Positions 17,940-27,015 of a stretch of 31,184 bases of DNA are shown in pieces. Made by a program: the position numbers and the translations under genes. Source of the stretch: Prochlorococcus sp. AG-679-M23 (lineage in GTDB: Bacteria > Cyanobacteriota > Cyanobacteriia > PCC-6307 > Cyanobiaceae); the NCBI GenBank assembly GCA_003208875.1, contig QCUR01000008.1, forward strand, positions 1-31,184, written 5' to 3'. A model generated the notes under the pieces. That model was given only the letters and a program-made list of their open reading frames with translations. It did not search any database and had not been told where the DNA came from. The first letter of the stretch is position 1. Each line of letters opens with the position of its first letter.

Positions 17940-18917
17940 ATGGGTGAACTTGAAAGCTTGCCTGTACTAATATTAGCGCACTCAAGAGCTGATAAATTTA
18001 TTCAATGTATTAGTAAGGTATATAATTTTGGCGTAAGAAATATTTATCTTTCCATTGATGGACCTAGGAATAAAAAAGACTCAATGCAGCAAGATTTAAT
18101 ATTAAACGAATGTGAAAATTATAAGAACAAATGTAATTTATCAATAAACATGTTAGATAGAAATTATGGTTGTAGGGACGGACATATCTTAGCGCTTGAT
18201 TGGTTTTTTAATAATGTTGATATTGGGGTAATACTAGAAGATGATCTTTATCTTTCTAAAAATTGCATATTTACTTTCTACAAGTTATTGCAAGATTATC
18301 AGGGAAGTAAAAATATAATGTCTTTATCTTCATATAATGAATTTGTAGAAGAGTATCCTAGAAGGTTAATAATATCTCCAGTATGGAGAGGTTGGGGTTG
18401 GGCAACTTGGGCTGATAAGTGGTTTATTCATAAAAAATTTATTTCTAAAACTAGAAAATTATCTATGTTCAATCTTATTAAATATCTTCCAGAAAACTTA
18501 AGAAATCCCAAAAATGTTGAAATAGTTAAATCTGTTCATTTAAATTATTTGAAAGCTTATGATTATGAATTTAATTTTACTCATTTAGCATTAGGTTATT
18601 CTTCCTTGGCCATAAGTGGGGTTAATATGAATAATATAGGATTTGATGAATATGCAACGCATTGTTTTGAGAGTGATCATTTCCCATTTTTGAAAAACTT
18701 TAAAGATAAATATGTCAATATAGATTTAATAGATCATTTGAATGACTTTCAAAAAAAATCTACTTTAGGAGAAGTAGGATTTATTGAAAAAAGAAAAAAT
18801 TTCCTTTCGAAAAATTTCTTTCAAAAGTTGATTATTTTTACTTATTCATTTATTTTCTTTTTAAGAAGAGTAAAAAGAATTTTTATAAAAAAATCTGGCT
18901 TTAATTTATTTAAATAA
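17940..18917 (+). CDS. GT-A fold nucleotide-diphospho-sugar transferase
   Basis: PVLIL-x-x-x-R, YLSIDGPR, NYGC, ALDWFF, GVILEDD, WGWATW, NIGFD-x-x-ATH. Confidence 0.8.
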   Translation: MGELESLPVLILAHSRADKFIQCISKVYNFGVRNIYLSIDGPRNKKDSMQQDLILNECENYKNKCNLSINMLDRNYGCRDGHILALDWFFNNVDIGVILEDDLYLSKNCIFTFYKLLQDYQGSKNIMSLSSYNEFVEEYPRRLIISPVWRGWGWATWADKWFIHKKFISKTRKLSMFNLIKYLPENLRNPKNVEIVKSVHLNYLKAYDYEFNFTHLALGYSSLAISGVNMNNIGFDEYATHCFESDHFPFLKNFKDKYVNIDLIDHLNDFQKKSTLGEVGFIEKRKNFLSKNFFQKLIIFTYSFIFFLRRVKRIFIKKSGFNLFK

Positions 18918-19002
18918 AAATTCGCTATGGGTAGATGTATAGAATTTTTATTTAATTTGATAAGTTGCTATTTCAATAATTATTTATATCGCGTATAACT
19001 TT

Positions 19003-19011
19003 TGCTATTAT
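19003..19011 (+). promoter_or_regulatory. Putative extended -10 promoter (TGCTATTAT) for the MBL-fold gene
   Basis: TG-C-TATTAT, 30 nt upstream of the ATG at 19042. TTGCTATT also occurs at 18965-18972. Confidence 0.45.
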
Positions 19012-19041
19012 TTAGTGATGATAAATTAGCATTTATTAAAA

Positions 19042-20430
19042 ATGTCTAAATTCGAGACAATAGGCAATGCTACTTTAATAGTTTATGAAGGCAAAAATAA
19101 TAATCCTTTACTAGCTACTGATGTCTGGTTAGAAGAGGATAATGCTTACTTTGGTTCATGGTACTTATCTCATAAGGTTCCAGCAAGACAAAGAGATGCT
19201 ATCTCCAGGGTGCCATTTATATTTATTTCACATTTTCACCCTGATCATTTGAATTTAAAATCTTTAAGTAACTTTAAAAATGCAACTATTTTAATAGCCC
19301 AACATTATGGAAAGAGAGTAGAAAATGATTTAAGGAATTCTGGTTTTAAAGTAATAAATTTACCCCCTAGACAGTGGATAGATATTGGTAAATTCACTCG
19401 TATAATGTTGTTTAGTAATGAGATTCAAGATAGTATTTTATTGGTCGAAATTCAAGATAATAATAAAGAAAAATCATTATTGATTAATTTGAATGATTCT
19501 GCGGGTATGGGATCAGAGAATGAAATAGCAAAAATTAGTTCTAAATATAAAAATAGTTTTTATCTTGGATTACATTGTTATGGCGATGCAGATATGATTA
19601 ATTATTTTGATTCAAGTAATAAAAGAATAGAACCTATTGCAAAACTGAAACTACCCATAGGACCAACAATTGCTGAAGGTATGAAAAAGTTTAATTGTAA
19701 TTATGCAATACCATTCAGCTCATTTCATCAGTATGCAAGGAGAGATTCTTTCTGGGCAAATCAATATACAACGCTATTAGAAGATTATTCAATAGGATTT
19801 AATAATAATGCGAATAGTATTTTATTAAATGCATTTCAAACAGTATTATTTGAAGGTGGTAAATTTATATTTAAAGACATTGATCCTGAAGAAGTTATTT
19901 TTGAAAATCCAATACCAGAATCTAAATTTGGAGATGATTGGGATGTAAAGCTTAATAAAAAAGATTTACAAATTTGTAGACAATATTTTGAGGAGATAAA
20001 AACTCTCAATTATAATTTTAATTCTATTTCAGTTACTGTTGGTGGAGTTGAAAATATTGTTCACTCTGGTGGCAAAGGTGTAACAAAAATAAATTTTGAG
20101 GTTCCAAGATTTTCACTTATTAGAGCTATAAAAAATGAAATATTTGATGACTTGCTAATAGGTAATTTTATGAAAACTAAGCTTATTAACTCTTCAAACT
20201 TATATGACCCTGACTTTACTTTTATAACTGCGAAATATGCTGATAATGGAGGAGTTAAAAAGATGGAAGAGTTAAAAGAATATTTTGCCTTTTATAATGA
20301 TGATTTGAGGAGGGCTCCAAAAGATAAATTTATCAGTATTTATAAAAACTTTAAAAATGAAACAAAGGCGAAACTTCCATATGAAATTACTGACTTTATT
20401 AAAAATGTTTTAAAAAAAATTAGAAATTAA
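19042..20430 (+). CDS. Metallo-beta-lactamase-fold protein (UlaG/CMAH-like)
   Basis: TIGNAT, LATDVWL, AYFGSW, metal motif ISHFHPDH (HxHxDH), QDS, INLND, AIPFSS. Confidence 0.8.
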   Translation: MSKFETIGNATLIVYEGKNNNPLLATDVWLEEDNAYFGSWYLSHKVPARQRDAISRVPFIFISHFHPDHLNLKSLSNFKNATILIAQHYGKRVENDLRNSGFKVINLPPRQWIDIGKFTRIMLFSNEIQDSILLVEIQDNNKEKSLLINLNDSAGMGSENEIAKISSKYKNSFYLGLHCYGDADMINYFDSSNKRIEPIAKLKLPIGPTIAEGMKKFNCNYAIPFSSFHQYARRDSFWANQYTTLLEDYSIGFNNNANSILLNAFQTVLFEGGKFIFKDIDPEEVIFENPIPESKFGDDWDVKLNKKDLQICRQYFEEIKTLNYNFNSISVTVGGVENIVHSGGKGVTKINFEVPRFSLIRAIKNEIFDDLLIGNFMKTKLINSSNLYDPDFTFITAKYADNGGVKKMEELKEYFAFYNDDLRRAPKDKFISIYKNFKNETKAKLPYEITDFIKNVLKKIRN

Positions 20431-20468
20431 TACATAATTGATTTTAGTGTAAATTTTTTATTTTATTC

Positions 20469-21470
20469 TTATACCTGCCTTAATCTTCCTTCTTTAAGAA
20501 CTTTTTTATATTCAGCAACTGTCATTTTAATACCCTCTTGCAAGTTAATTTTTGATTCCCATCCTAATTCTTTAGCTCTTGTTGTATCTAGTCTTTTTTT
20601 TAAAGTTCCATCTGGTTTTTGTGAGTCCCATTTTATAGTTCCTTTATAGCCAACAATCTCAGCAATTAAATTTGCTAATTCTTTTATCGATACTTCTTGC
20701 CCTGATCCGATATTTATAAAAGATAAATAACTGCCATCTTTATGTTTAGGAGAATTTGGCAATCCAGGTTTCCAATGTTCTAGTGCAAAAATACATGCCG
20801 CTGCTAAATCATCAACGTGCAAAAATTCTCTATATGGGGTTCCAGAACCCCAGCATATAACTTCTTTACAATGATTTTCTTTAGCATCGCAAAATTTCCT
20901 AATTAAGGCTGGAAGTACATGACTATTTTCAGGATGATAATTATCTCCAGGTCCATAAAGGTTTGTAGGCATCAACGATATTGCATCGAAATCATATTGA
21001 ATCCTGAGGGCCTCACAAAGCTTTATACCAGCTATTTTGGATATTGCATACCATTGATTAGTACTCTCTAATTGACTATTAAGTAGATACTCTTCTTTAA
21101 TAGGTTGCTTAGTATCCTTTGGGTATATACAACTACTTCCAAGAAATAATAATCTTTTCGCTTCATTTTTCCAAGCATTTTCAATAATATTATTTTGAAT
21201 TTTCAAATTATCAAGTAAAAAGTTAACAGGATATCTATTATTTGCATTTATTCCTCCAACTTTTGCAGCTGCAATAATAACTACATCTGGTTTGTTTTCT
21301 TTGAACCATTCGTTTACTTGTTGATTATTTTTTAAGTCTAATTCTTGTCTAGTACAGTAAACTATATTTTTATAATTTTTTTCTTTAAGTTTTCTTATTA
21401 TAGAGTTACCTACCATGCCATTATGCCCTGCAACGTAGATTTTTTGTTGGGTATTTATTAAATTGTTCAT
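20469..21470 (-). CDS. fcl: GDP-L-fucose synthase
   Basis: VAGHNGMVG, AAAKVGGI-x-AN, FLGSSCIYP, YAISKIAG, MPTNLYGPGDNY, SHVLPALIRK, WGSGTPYREFLHVDD, KPDGT. Confidence 0.95.
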   Translation of the reverse strand: MNNLINTQQKIYVAGHNGMVGNSIIRKLKEKNYKNIVYCTRQELDLKNNQQVNEWFKENKPDVVIIAAAKVGGINANNRYPVNFLLDNLKIQNNIIENAWKNEAKRLLFLGSSCIYPKDTKQPIKEEYLLNSQLESTNQWYAISKIAGIKLCEALRIQYDFDAISLMPTNLYGPGDNYHPENSHVLPALIRKFCDAKENHCKEVICWGSGTPYREFLHVDDLAAACIFALEHWKPGLPNSPKHKDGSYLSFINIGSGQEVSIKELANLIAEIVGYKGTIKWDSQKPDGTLKKRLDTTRAKELGWESKINLQEGIKMTVAEYKKVLKEGRLRQV

Positions 21471-21531
21471 TTTTATAATAAATTCTCCTACCTATATTTG
21501 ATGATGATCATTTTACATTAAATTTGTTTAT

Positions 21532-22908
21532 TTAATTTTGTGCAATTGCTCCTTTACGATTAAAAACTAATTTTATCGTCTTAAATAAAATTAGTAGATC
21601 TAAAAGTATTGAAAAATTATGTATGTAATATAAGTCATAACTTAATTTATTGCTCGAATCTTTAACTGATGCACCATAGGGATAATTTACTTGTGACCAA
21701 CCAGTTATACCTGGCTTCATAAGATACCTAAAATCATAATTTGGAATTTTTTCTTTTAATACTTTATCAAAATCTGGTCTTTCAGGTCTAGGTCCTATTA
21801 AGCTTATTTTCCCATTAATAACTTGAATTAATTGAGGTAATTCGTCTATCCTACTTTTTCTTAAAAAATTTCCAATTTTTGTAATCCTCTTATCATTTTT
21901 AGTTGACCATAATGGTCCATTTTCTTCAGAATTAATTTTCATTGTCCTTATTTTAAAAATCCTAAATGTTTTTTCTCTATAACCTGTTCTAATTTGCGTA
22001 TAGAATATTGGCCCCCCATCTTCTATCTTTATTAGAATTGCTGACAATATTATCAATGGCAATGATAAAGTAAGCAAAGTTATGCTTATTAATAATTCTG
22101 AAATTCTCTTTAATCTAATTTCAAAAATATTAAAGTTACTGTTTAGAAATATTTTTTTGAAATTTGAATTATTTTGATTCACTATTTCTGATGGGTATCT
22201 TTGCAATATTATTCCTGCCCACTCTGTTGGGGATAATATTTTTATTCTTTTATCCTTTAAAAGATATGGATAATCTGGATATGTATCTTCTAACAAATCA
22301 TGATTTTCGACAACTATTCCATTTACATTTGTCAAATTTAAGTTCTTTATTTCATTTAATTCTATAAATTTTGTAATTACTTTAGTTCTTGAAAATTTTA
22401 ATATTTCTTCTATAGATTTTGATTCAATTGAATTTTTAACAAAAACCCAGTTTTCAATATCATTTAAATTTTTAATATTCTTAAAGTTTAAGAACAAAAT
22501 TTCTGAAATAAAAATAAAAATTATAGATAATAAATAATTTTTAATTTCAAAAAACTCATAGAAACTTTGTGAGATTAAATAAAATACTATATTATTTATA
22601 AAGTAGGTTAATAATGAAACAATTATAATTAAGTAAGATTGATTAAAAATATATCTTCTTAAATTTTTTATTTGATTTTCATATCTACCGAATATATAGC
22701 TTGTAATACTCCAAGTGAGTATTAAAAGTCCTGTTAAAAAAAAATTAACAAAAATAGTATTAGTTGTTTTGTTATAAATAATGAAACTCATTGAAAATAT
22801 AAAAGATTCAAGTGAAAATATTATTATCAGGTTCTCCCTGGATTTTATCCATGGGCACAGATGCAAGAACTTCGAATATGAATCCTTCAGGAGAGTTATA
22901 GGTTTCAC
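21532..22908 (-). CDS. Priming polyprenyl-phosphate glycosyl-1-phosphate transferase (WcaJ/WbaP-like sugar transferase)
   Basis: N-terminal TM bundle; C-terminal KR...IKIEDGGPIFY-x-Q-x-R-x-G, KIRTM, DKRIT-x-IG-x-FLRKSRIDELPQL, SLIGPRPERP, KPGITGWSQV, YDLYYI. GTG start. Confidence 0.9.
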   Translation of the reverse strand: MKPITLLKDSYSKFLHLCPWIKSRENLIIIFSLESFIFSMSFIIYNKTTNTIFVNFFLTGLLILTWSITSYIFGRYENQIKNLRRYIFNQSYLIIIVSLLTYFINNIVFYLISQSFYEFFEIKNYLLSIIFIFISEILFLNFKNIKNLNDIENWVFVKNSIESKSIEEILKFSRTKVITKFIELNEIKNLNLTNVNGIVVENHDLLEDTYPDYPYLLKDKRIKILSPTEWAGIILQRYPSEIVNQNNSNFKKIFLNSNFNIFEIRLKRISELLISITLLTLSLPLIILSAILIKIEDGGPIFYTQIRTGYREKTFRIFKIRTMKINSEENGPLWSTKNDKRITKIGNFLRKSRIDELPQLIQVINGKISLIGPRPERPDFDKVLKEKIPNYDFRYLMKPGITGWSQVNYPYGASVKDSSNKLSYDLYYIHNFSILLDLLILFKTIKLVFNRKGAIAQN

Positions 22909-22929
22909 TTTAATATTTTTAACTTGTAA

Positions 22930-24045
22930 TTATTCTTTAGAACTAAATATTGAAAATCCTTCTTTCTTTAATAGGGATTCTTTTTTAGCTTCCTCTAAGT
23001 CATTAGTGATCATTTCTTCTATCATTTCTTCAAAACTAATCTTTGGATACCAGCCAAGTTTTTCTCTTGCTTTTGTTGAATTCCCTAGTAGGGTATCTAC
23101 TTCAGTAGGCCTGTAATATCTAGGGTCAACTTTAACTACAATTTCACCATTATCAGCTCTTCTCCCGATTTCGTCCAATCCTTTGCCTTCCCATATTATC
23201 CCATTTTCTGAGCCTTCTTTTGCCCAACCAAGTTTAGCTGCGCATATTTCTATAAAGCATCTAACACTATGATTCCTACCTGTTGAAATCACATAATCAT
23301 TAGGTTCATCTTGTTGGAGCATTAACCATTGCATTTCTACATAATCTTTTGCGTGGCCCCAATCTCTTTTTGCATCAATATTGCCGACATACAGGCAATC
23401 ATCTAGATTAGTCTGAATTCTAGATAGTCCTCTTGTTATTTTTCTAGTAACGAATGTTTCTCCTCTTCGTGAACTCTCATGGTTAAAAAGTATGCCATTA
23501 CAGGCATAAATGCCATATGCCTCTCTATAGTTAACTGTTATCCAATATGCATATAATTTTGAAACTGCGTATGGGCTTCTAGGGTAAAAAGGTGTAGTCT
23601 CTTTTTGAGGTATTTCTTGAACTAATCCATATAGCTCACTTGTACTAGCTTGATAAATTTTCGTTTTATTTTCTAGGTTAAGAACTCTGATAGCTTCTAA
23701 TAATCTTAAAGTTCCAAGAGCATTAGTATCAGCAGTATATTCTGGGGATTCAAAACTTACAGCTACATGACTTTGAGCGCCTAGATTATAAATTTCGTCA
23801 GGTTTTATGTTTTGAATTATTCTAATTAAGTTTAAGCTATCGGTTAAATCACCATAATGTAAGAAAAATCTTGGATTATCAACATGGGGGTCTTGATATA
23901 AGTGATTTATACGTTGAGTATTAAAACTGCTTATTCTTCTCTTAATTCCATGAACTTCATATCCCTTACCAATAAGAAGTTCTGCTAAATAACTACCATC
24001 CTGTCCAGTTATTCCTGTAATGATAGCCTTTTTAATAGCTGACAT
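22930..24045 (-). CDS. gmd: GDP-mannose 4,6-dehydratase
   Basis: [66 protein letters not shown]. Confidence 0.97.
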   Translation of the reverse strand: MSAIKKAIITGITGQDGSYLAELLIGKGYEVHGIKRRISSFNTQRINHLYQDPHVDNPRFFLHYGDLTDSLNLIRIIQNIKPDEIYNLGAQSHVAVSFESPEYTADTNALGTLRLLEAIRVLNLENKTKIYQASTSELYGLVQEIPQKETTPFYPRSPYAVSKLYAYWITVNYREAYGIYACNGILFNHESSRRGETFVTRKITRGLSRIQTNLDDCLYVGNIDAKRDWGHAKDYVEMQWLMLQQDEPNDYVISTGRNHSVRCFIEICAAKLGWAKEGSENGIIWEGKGLDEIGRRADNGEIVVKVDPRYYRPTEVDTLLGNSTKAREKLGWYPKISFEEMIEEMITNDLEEAKKESLLKKEGFSIFSSKE

Positions 24046-24067
24046 TATTTAATTTACTTTTTAATAG

Positions 24068-24096
24068 GTTTAATACTACACAAATAAGTATTAAAC
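24068..24096. promoter_or_regulatory. Perfect 10-bp inverted repeat upstream of gmd (operator or hairpin candidate)
   Basis: GTTTAATACT-acacaaata-AGTATTAAAC; the arms are exact reverse complements, 22 bp upstream of the gmd ATG. Confidence 0.45.
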
Positions 24097-24182
24097 ATGC
24101 AATTTAATTAAAATCTTCATTAAACAATTTATTAATTTATTCAGATAAAATTTCTTAAATAGTAATACTTATTAAAGTTGCA

Positions 24183-24193
24183 TATGCTAAAAT
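24183..24193 (+). promoter_or_regulatory. Putative extended -10 promoter (TATGCTAAAAT) for the OPX-PCP-epimerase operon
   Basis: TATG-C-TAAAAT, 41 nt upstream of the ATG at 24235. Confidence 0.5.
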
Positions 24194-24234
24194 AGTATTT
24201 ATTATTTTTTAAGATTAAAGTAATCATTGTATAA

Positions 24235-25446
24235 ATGTTAAAGGGGTTTTCTTTAAAGTACAAAAAAAATACTTTTTTAAAATTAAAAAGATTTATAACC
24301 TTAAGTTTTATATTCCTTATTTTACCTACTGATATAAATGCGGAAAATAAAGAATATTTGTCAGGAATTAATAATTTTCCAAAAAATGAAAAAAATAATA
24401 ATTTAGAAAGCAATTCACAATATCTTTTAGGAGCTGGTGATGAACTTTATGTATTACTTAAGTCTCTGCCTGAATACAGTGGATATTTTTTTATTGATCC
24501 TGATGGGACAATTAATTTGCCAGGCTTAACTGAGAAGATCTCTATAGAAAGTCTCACAGTTACTGAAGCTAAAAACATACTTTTAAAAAAGTATAAAGAG
24601 TTCGTTATTGATCCTCAACTTTCTGTTTTCATTTCAACCTATAGGCCAATTACTGTATATGTGAGAGGAGAAGTGGCTTCGCCTGGTCTTTATACACTAA
24701 GAGGTAGTCAAAAAATATTAGGAGAAGAGTTCTATAAGCTTAATGAGCCAATTACTAAAAATATAACTCAAATGAGATCACAAAATGAAATTATTGGAAA
24801 TAATTTTGCTACCTTATCAAGAGGTTTTTCACCATCAGGCTTTCCAACTGTTTACGATGTGCTACGTGTTTCAAATGGAATCACCCCTTACTCTGACTTG
24901 ACCTCAATTACTGTTGTAAGAAAAAATAATATCTCTAATGGAGGAGGGAAAATAATGACAAAATTAAATTTCTTGAAACTTTTTAAAGAAGGAGATTTGA
25001 GCCAAAATATTAGAGTTTTTGATCAAGATGTAATTAATATTGCTAAAAGTAAAAAAGTTCTTACTGAACAGTTAGTAGAAGCTAATAGGTCAAATTTATC
25101 GCCTTCAAGCTTTCAGGTTTTAGTTACTGGAAACGTAGTTAAAAAAGGATTAATCAATGTACCTAAAGGAGCTTCGCTAAATCAAGCAATTGAAATAGCT
25201 GGTAGAGAAAAACTTCTTTCAGGAAATATAAAATTTTTAAGATACGACGAAAGTGGTATTATCGACAAAAGATCTTTCTCATTAAATAGATCTGCAAAAC
25301 ATAACTCTTTTAAGAATCCAATACTAAGGGATGGTGACGTAATTCACGTAAGTAGATCTTTAGTTGGAACAAGCTCAGATTTTTTAAGAGAAGTTGTTTC
25401 TCCAATCGTCAACAGCTATACAATTTACAAAATTTTCACAGATTAA
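24235..25446 (+). CDS. Outer-membrane polysaccharide export protein (OPX; Wza/KpsD-like, SLBB domains)
   Basis: Signal-peptide-like N-terminus, PES motif YLLGAGDEL...IDPDGTINLP, V-x-V-x-GEV-x-x-PG-x-Y, SLBB repeats, N-x-x-LRDGDVIHV. Confidence 0.88.
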   Translation: MLKGFSLKYKKNTFLKLKRFITLSFIFLILPTDINAENKEYLSGINNFPKNEKNNNLESNSQYLLGAGDELYVLLKSLPEYSGYFFIDPDGTINLPGLTEKISIESLTVTEAKNILLKKYKEFVIDPQLSVFISTYRPITVYVRGEVASPGLYTLRGSQKILGEEFYKLNEPITKNITQMRSQNEIIGNNFATLSRGFSPSGFPTVYDVLRVSNGITPYSDLTSITVVRKNNISNGGGKIMTKLNFLKLFKEGDLSQNIRVFDQDVINIAKSKKVLTEQLVEANRSNLSPSSFQVLVTGNVVKKGLINVPKGASLNQAIEIAGREKLLSGNIKFLRYDESGIIDKRSFSLNRSAKHNSFKNPILRDGDVIHVSRSLVGTSSDFLREVVSPIVNSYTIYKIFTD

Positions 25447-25452
25447 CAGAAT

Positions 25453-27015
25453 ATGGAAAACAATAAGGGAAATAATTCTTTAGATTATTTTGAGGATGAA
25501 GAAATAGATATTATCAAAATATTAAAAATTTTATTTATTAGAAGGAATTTTATTTTATTTTCAACAATTTTATTTTTAATTATCGGATATATTTCTTTTA
25601 AAACTAAAAAACCAGTGTGGCAAGGCCAGTTTGATATTGTCCTTAAACAACCTTCTTCATCAAATAAAAATATTAATCCACTTCAAGGAATTAATTCTTC
25701 AATTATTAATCAATTTGTTAAAGATCAAGCTCTTGATTTGAAGACTGAAGTTCAGATTTTAAAAAGTCAATCAATACTTATGCCTATATATAATTATGTA
25801 AGAAAAGAAAAAAGTAAAGATAATATAAATGTTAACTCATGGACTTTTAAAGGCTGGAAAAATAACTTAAATATTAATTTAGAGAGAGGAACTTCTGTCT
25901 TAAATATAAAGTATATTGACTCTACAAAACGATTAATAAAACCTGTTCTAGAGAAAATTTCTTTTGCATATAAAGATTATTCTGGTAAAGAAAGAAATGA
26001 AGGACTTTTAAAAGGTATAAATTATTTAAAAACACAAAAAAAGGAAATATCTAAAGAATCAAAAGAATCTTATTTAAAGTTCCAAGAATTTTCCTTGCAA
26101 AATAATCTTGGAAATTTTGATGGCCTGCTTCCTTTTAATAAATCTACCGGAATCGGAATCAATAGTTCTTTAAATAAACAATCTGGAGGAATTATTAATA
26201 ATAGTGAAAATCCAATTTCATCACAAACTTCTCGTTTTAAAAATAATTTTGAAGCACTTTATACACTTGAAACCAGATTGGCTAAAAGATCCGCTCTTTT
26301 AAAGCCAAATTCCCAAGAAATAATTGGTTTAGAAAGTCAAATAGATGAATTAAAAAAATCATTGGCTAGACCATCAAAAATTCTTCTTGAATATAGAGAT
26401 TTAGCACGTGAAACTTTAAGGAATGAAGAATTGCTTGTAAATATTGAAGGCCAATTAAAAAAATTAGAATTAGATCTAGCTAGAACTGAAGACTCATGGG
26501 ACCTTATTTCAGTTCCAACAGTTGATAATGGACCCGTATCTCCAAAGAGGAATAAAATGTTGTTTTTTTCAGGCCTTATTGGATTTGTATTAAGTAGTAT
26601 TCTGACTTTAGCAAAGTATAGATATGACGATATTATTGATGAACTTGAAACCTTTAAGAGGCTTATCCCTTTTGGATTTATTAAGAATTTTGTTTGGGAA
26701 GAAAAGAATAATTGGCCAAACTCTGTTGAGTTAATTAAAGATTTATTTTCTAAAGATCTCAAGAATAATGAATTAGGGATTTTATTTTTAAATAGATCTG
26801 ATACAAATAAGAAACAATATGTTATTCAACTTTTAGAAAAAAGTTTTAGTAAAAATAAAATTGTATTTTCCAGTACTTTTAATGATTTAAGAAATTGTAG
26901 TCATGTAATTTTTATTACGGAGCCAGGGACCATTTCAAAAAAAGCTTTAATTTATTTATTAGAGGATATTAAAATTTTTAATAAAAATATACTAGGTTGG
27001 TTATACGTTGATTAA
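25453..27015 (+). CDS. Polysaccharide co-polymerase (GumC/Wzc/Wzz-like) without a recognisable kinase domain
   Basis: EEIDI, TM1, P-x-W, TEVQILKS, coiled coil, Pro-rich PTVDNGPVSPK before TM2. No Walker A motif or Tyr cluster. Confidence 0.85.
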   Translation: MENNKGNNSLDYFEDEEIDIIKILKILFIRRNFILFSTILFLIIGYISFKTKKPVWQGQFDIVLKQPSSSNKNINPLQGINSSIINQFVKDQALDLKTEVQILKSQSILMPIYNYVRKEKSKDNINVNSWTFKGWKNNLNINLERGTSVLNIKYIDSTKRLIKPVLEKISFAYKDYSGKERNEGLLKGINYLKTQKKEISKESKESYLKFQEFSLQNNLGNFDGLLPFNKSTGIGINSSLNKQSGGIINNSENPISSQTSRFKNNFEALYTLETRLAKRSALLKPNSQEIIGLESQIDELKKSLARPSKILLEYRDLARETLRNEELLVNIEGQLKKLELDLARTEDSWDLISVPTVDNGPVSPKRNKMLFFSGLIGFVLSSILTLAKYRYDDIIDELETFKRLIPFGFIKNFVWEEKNNWPNSVELIKDLFSKDLKNNELGILFLNRSDTNKKQYVIQLLEKSFSKNKIVFSSTFNDLRNCSHVIFITEPGTISKKALIYLLEDIKIFNKNILGWLYVD

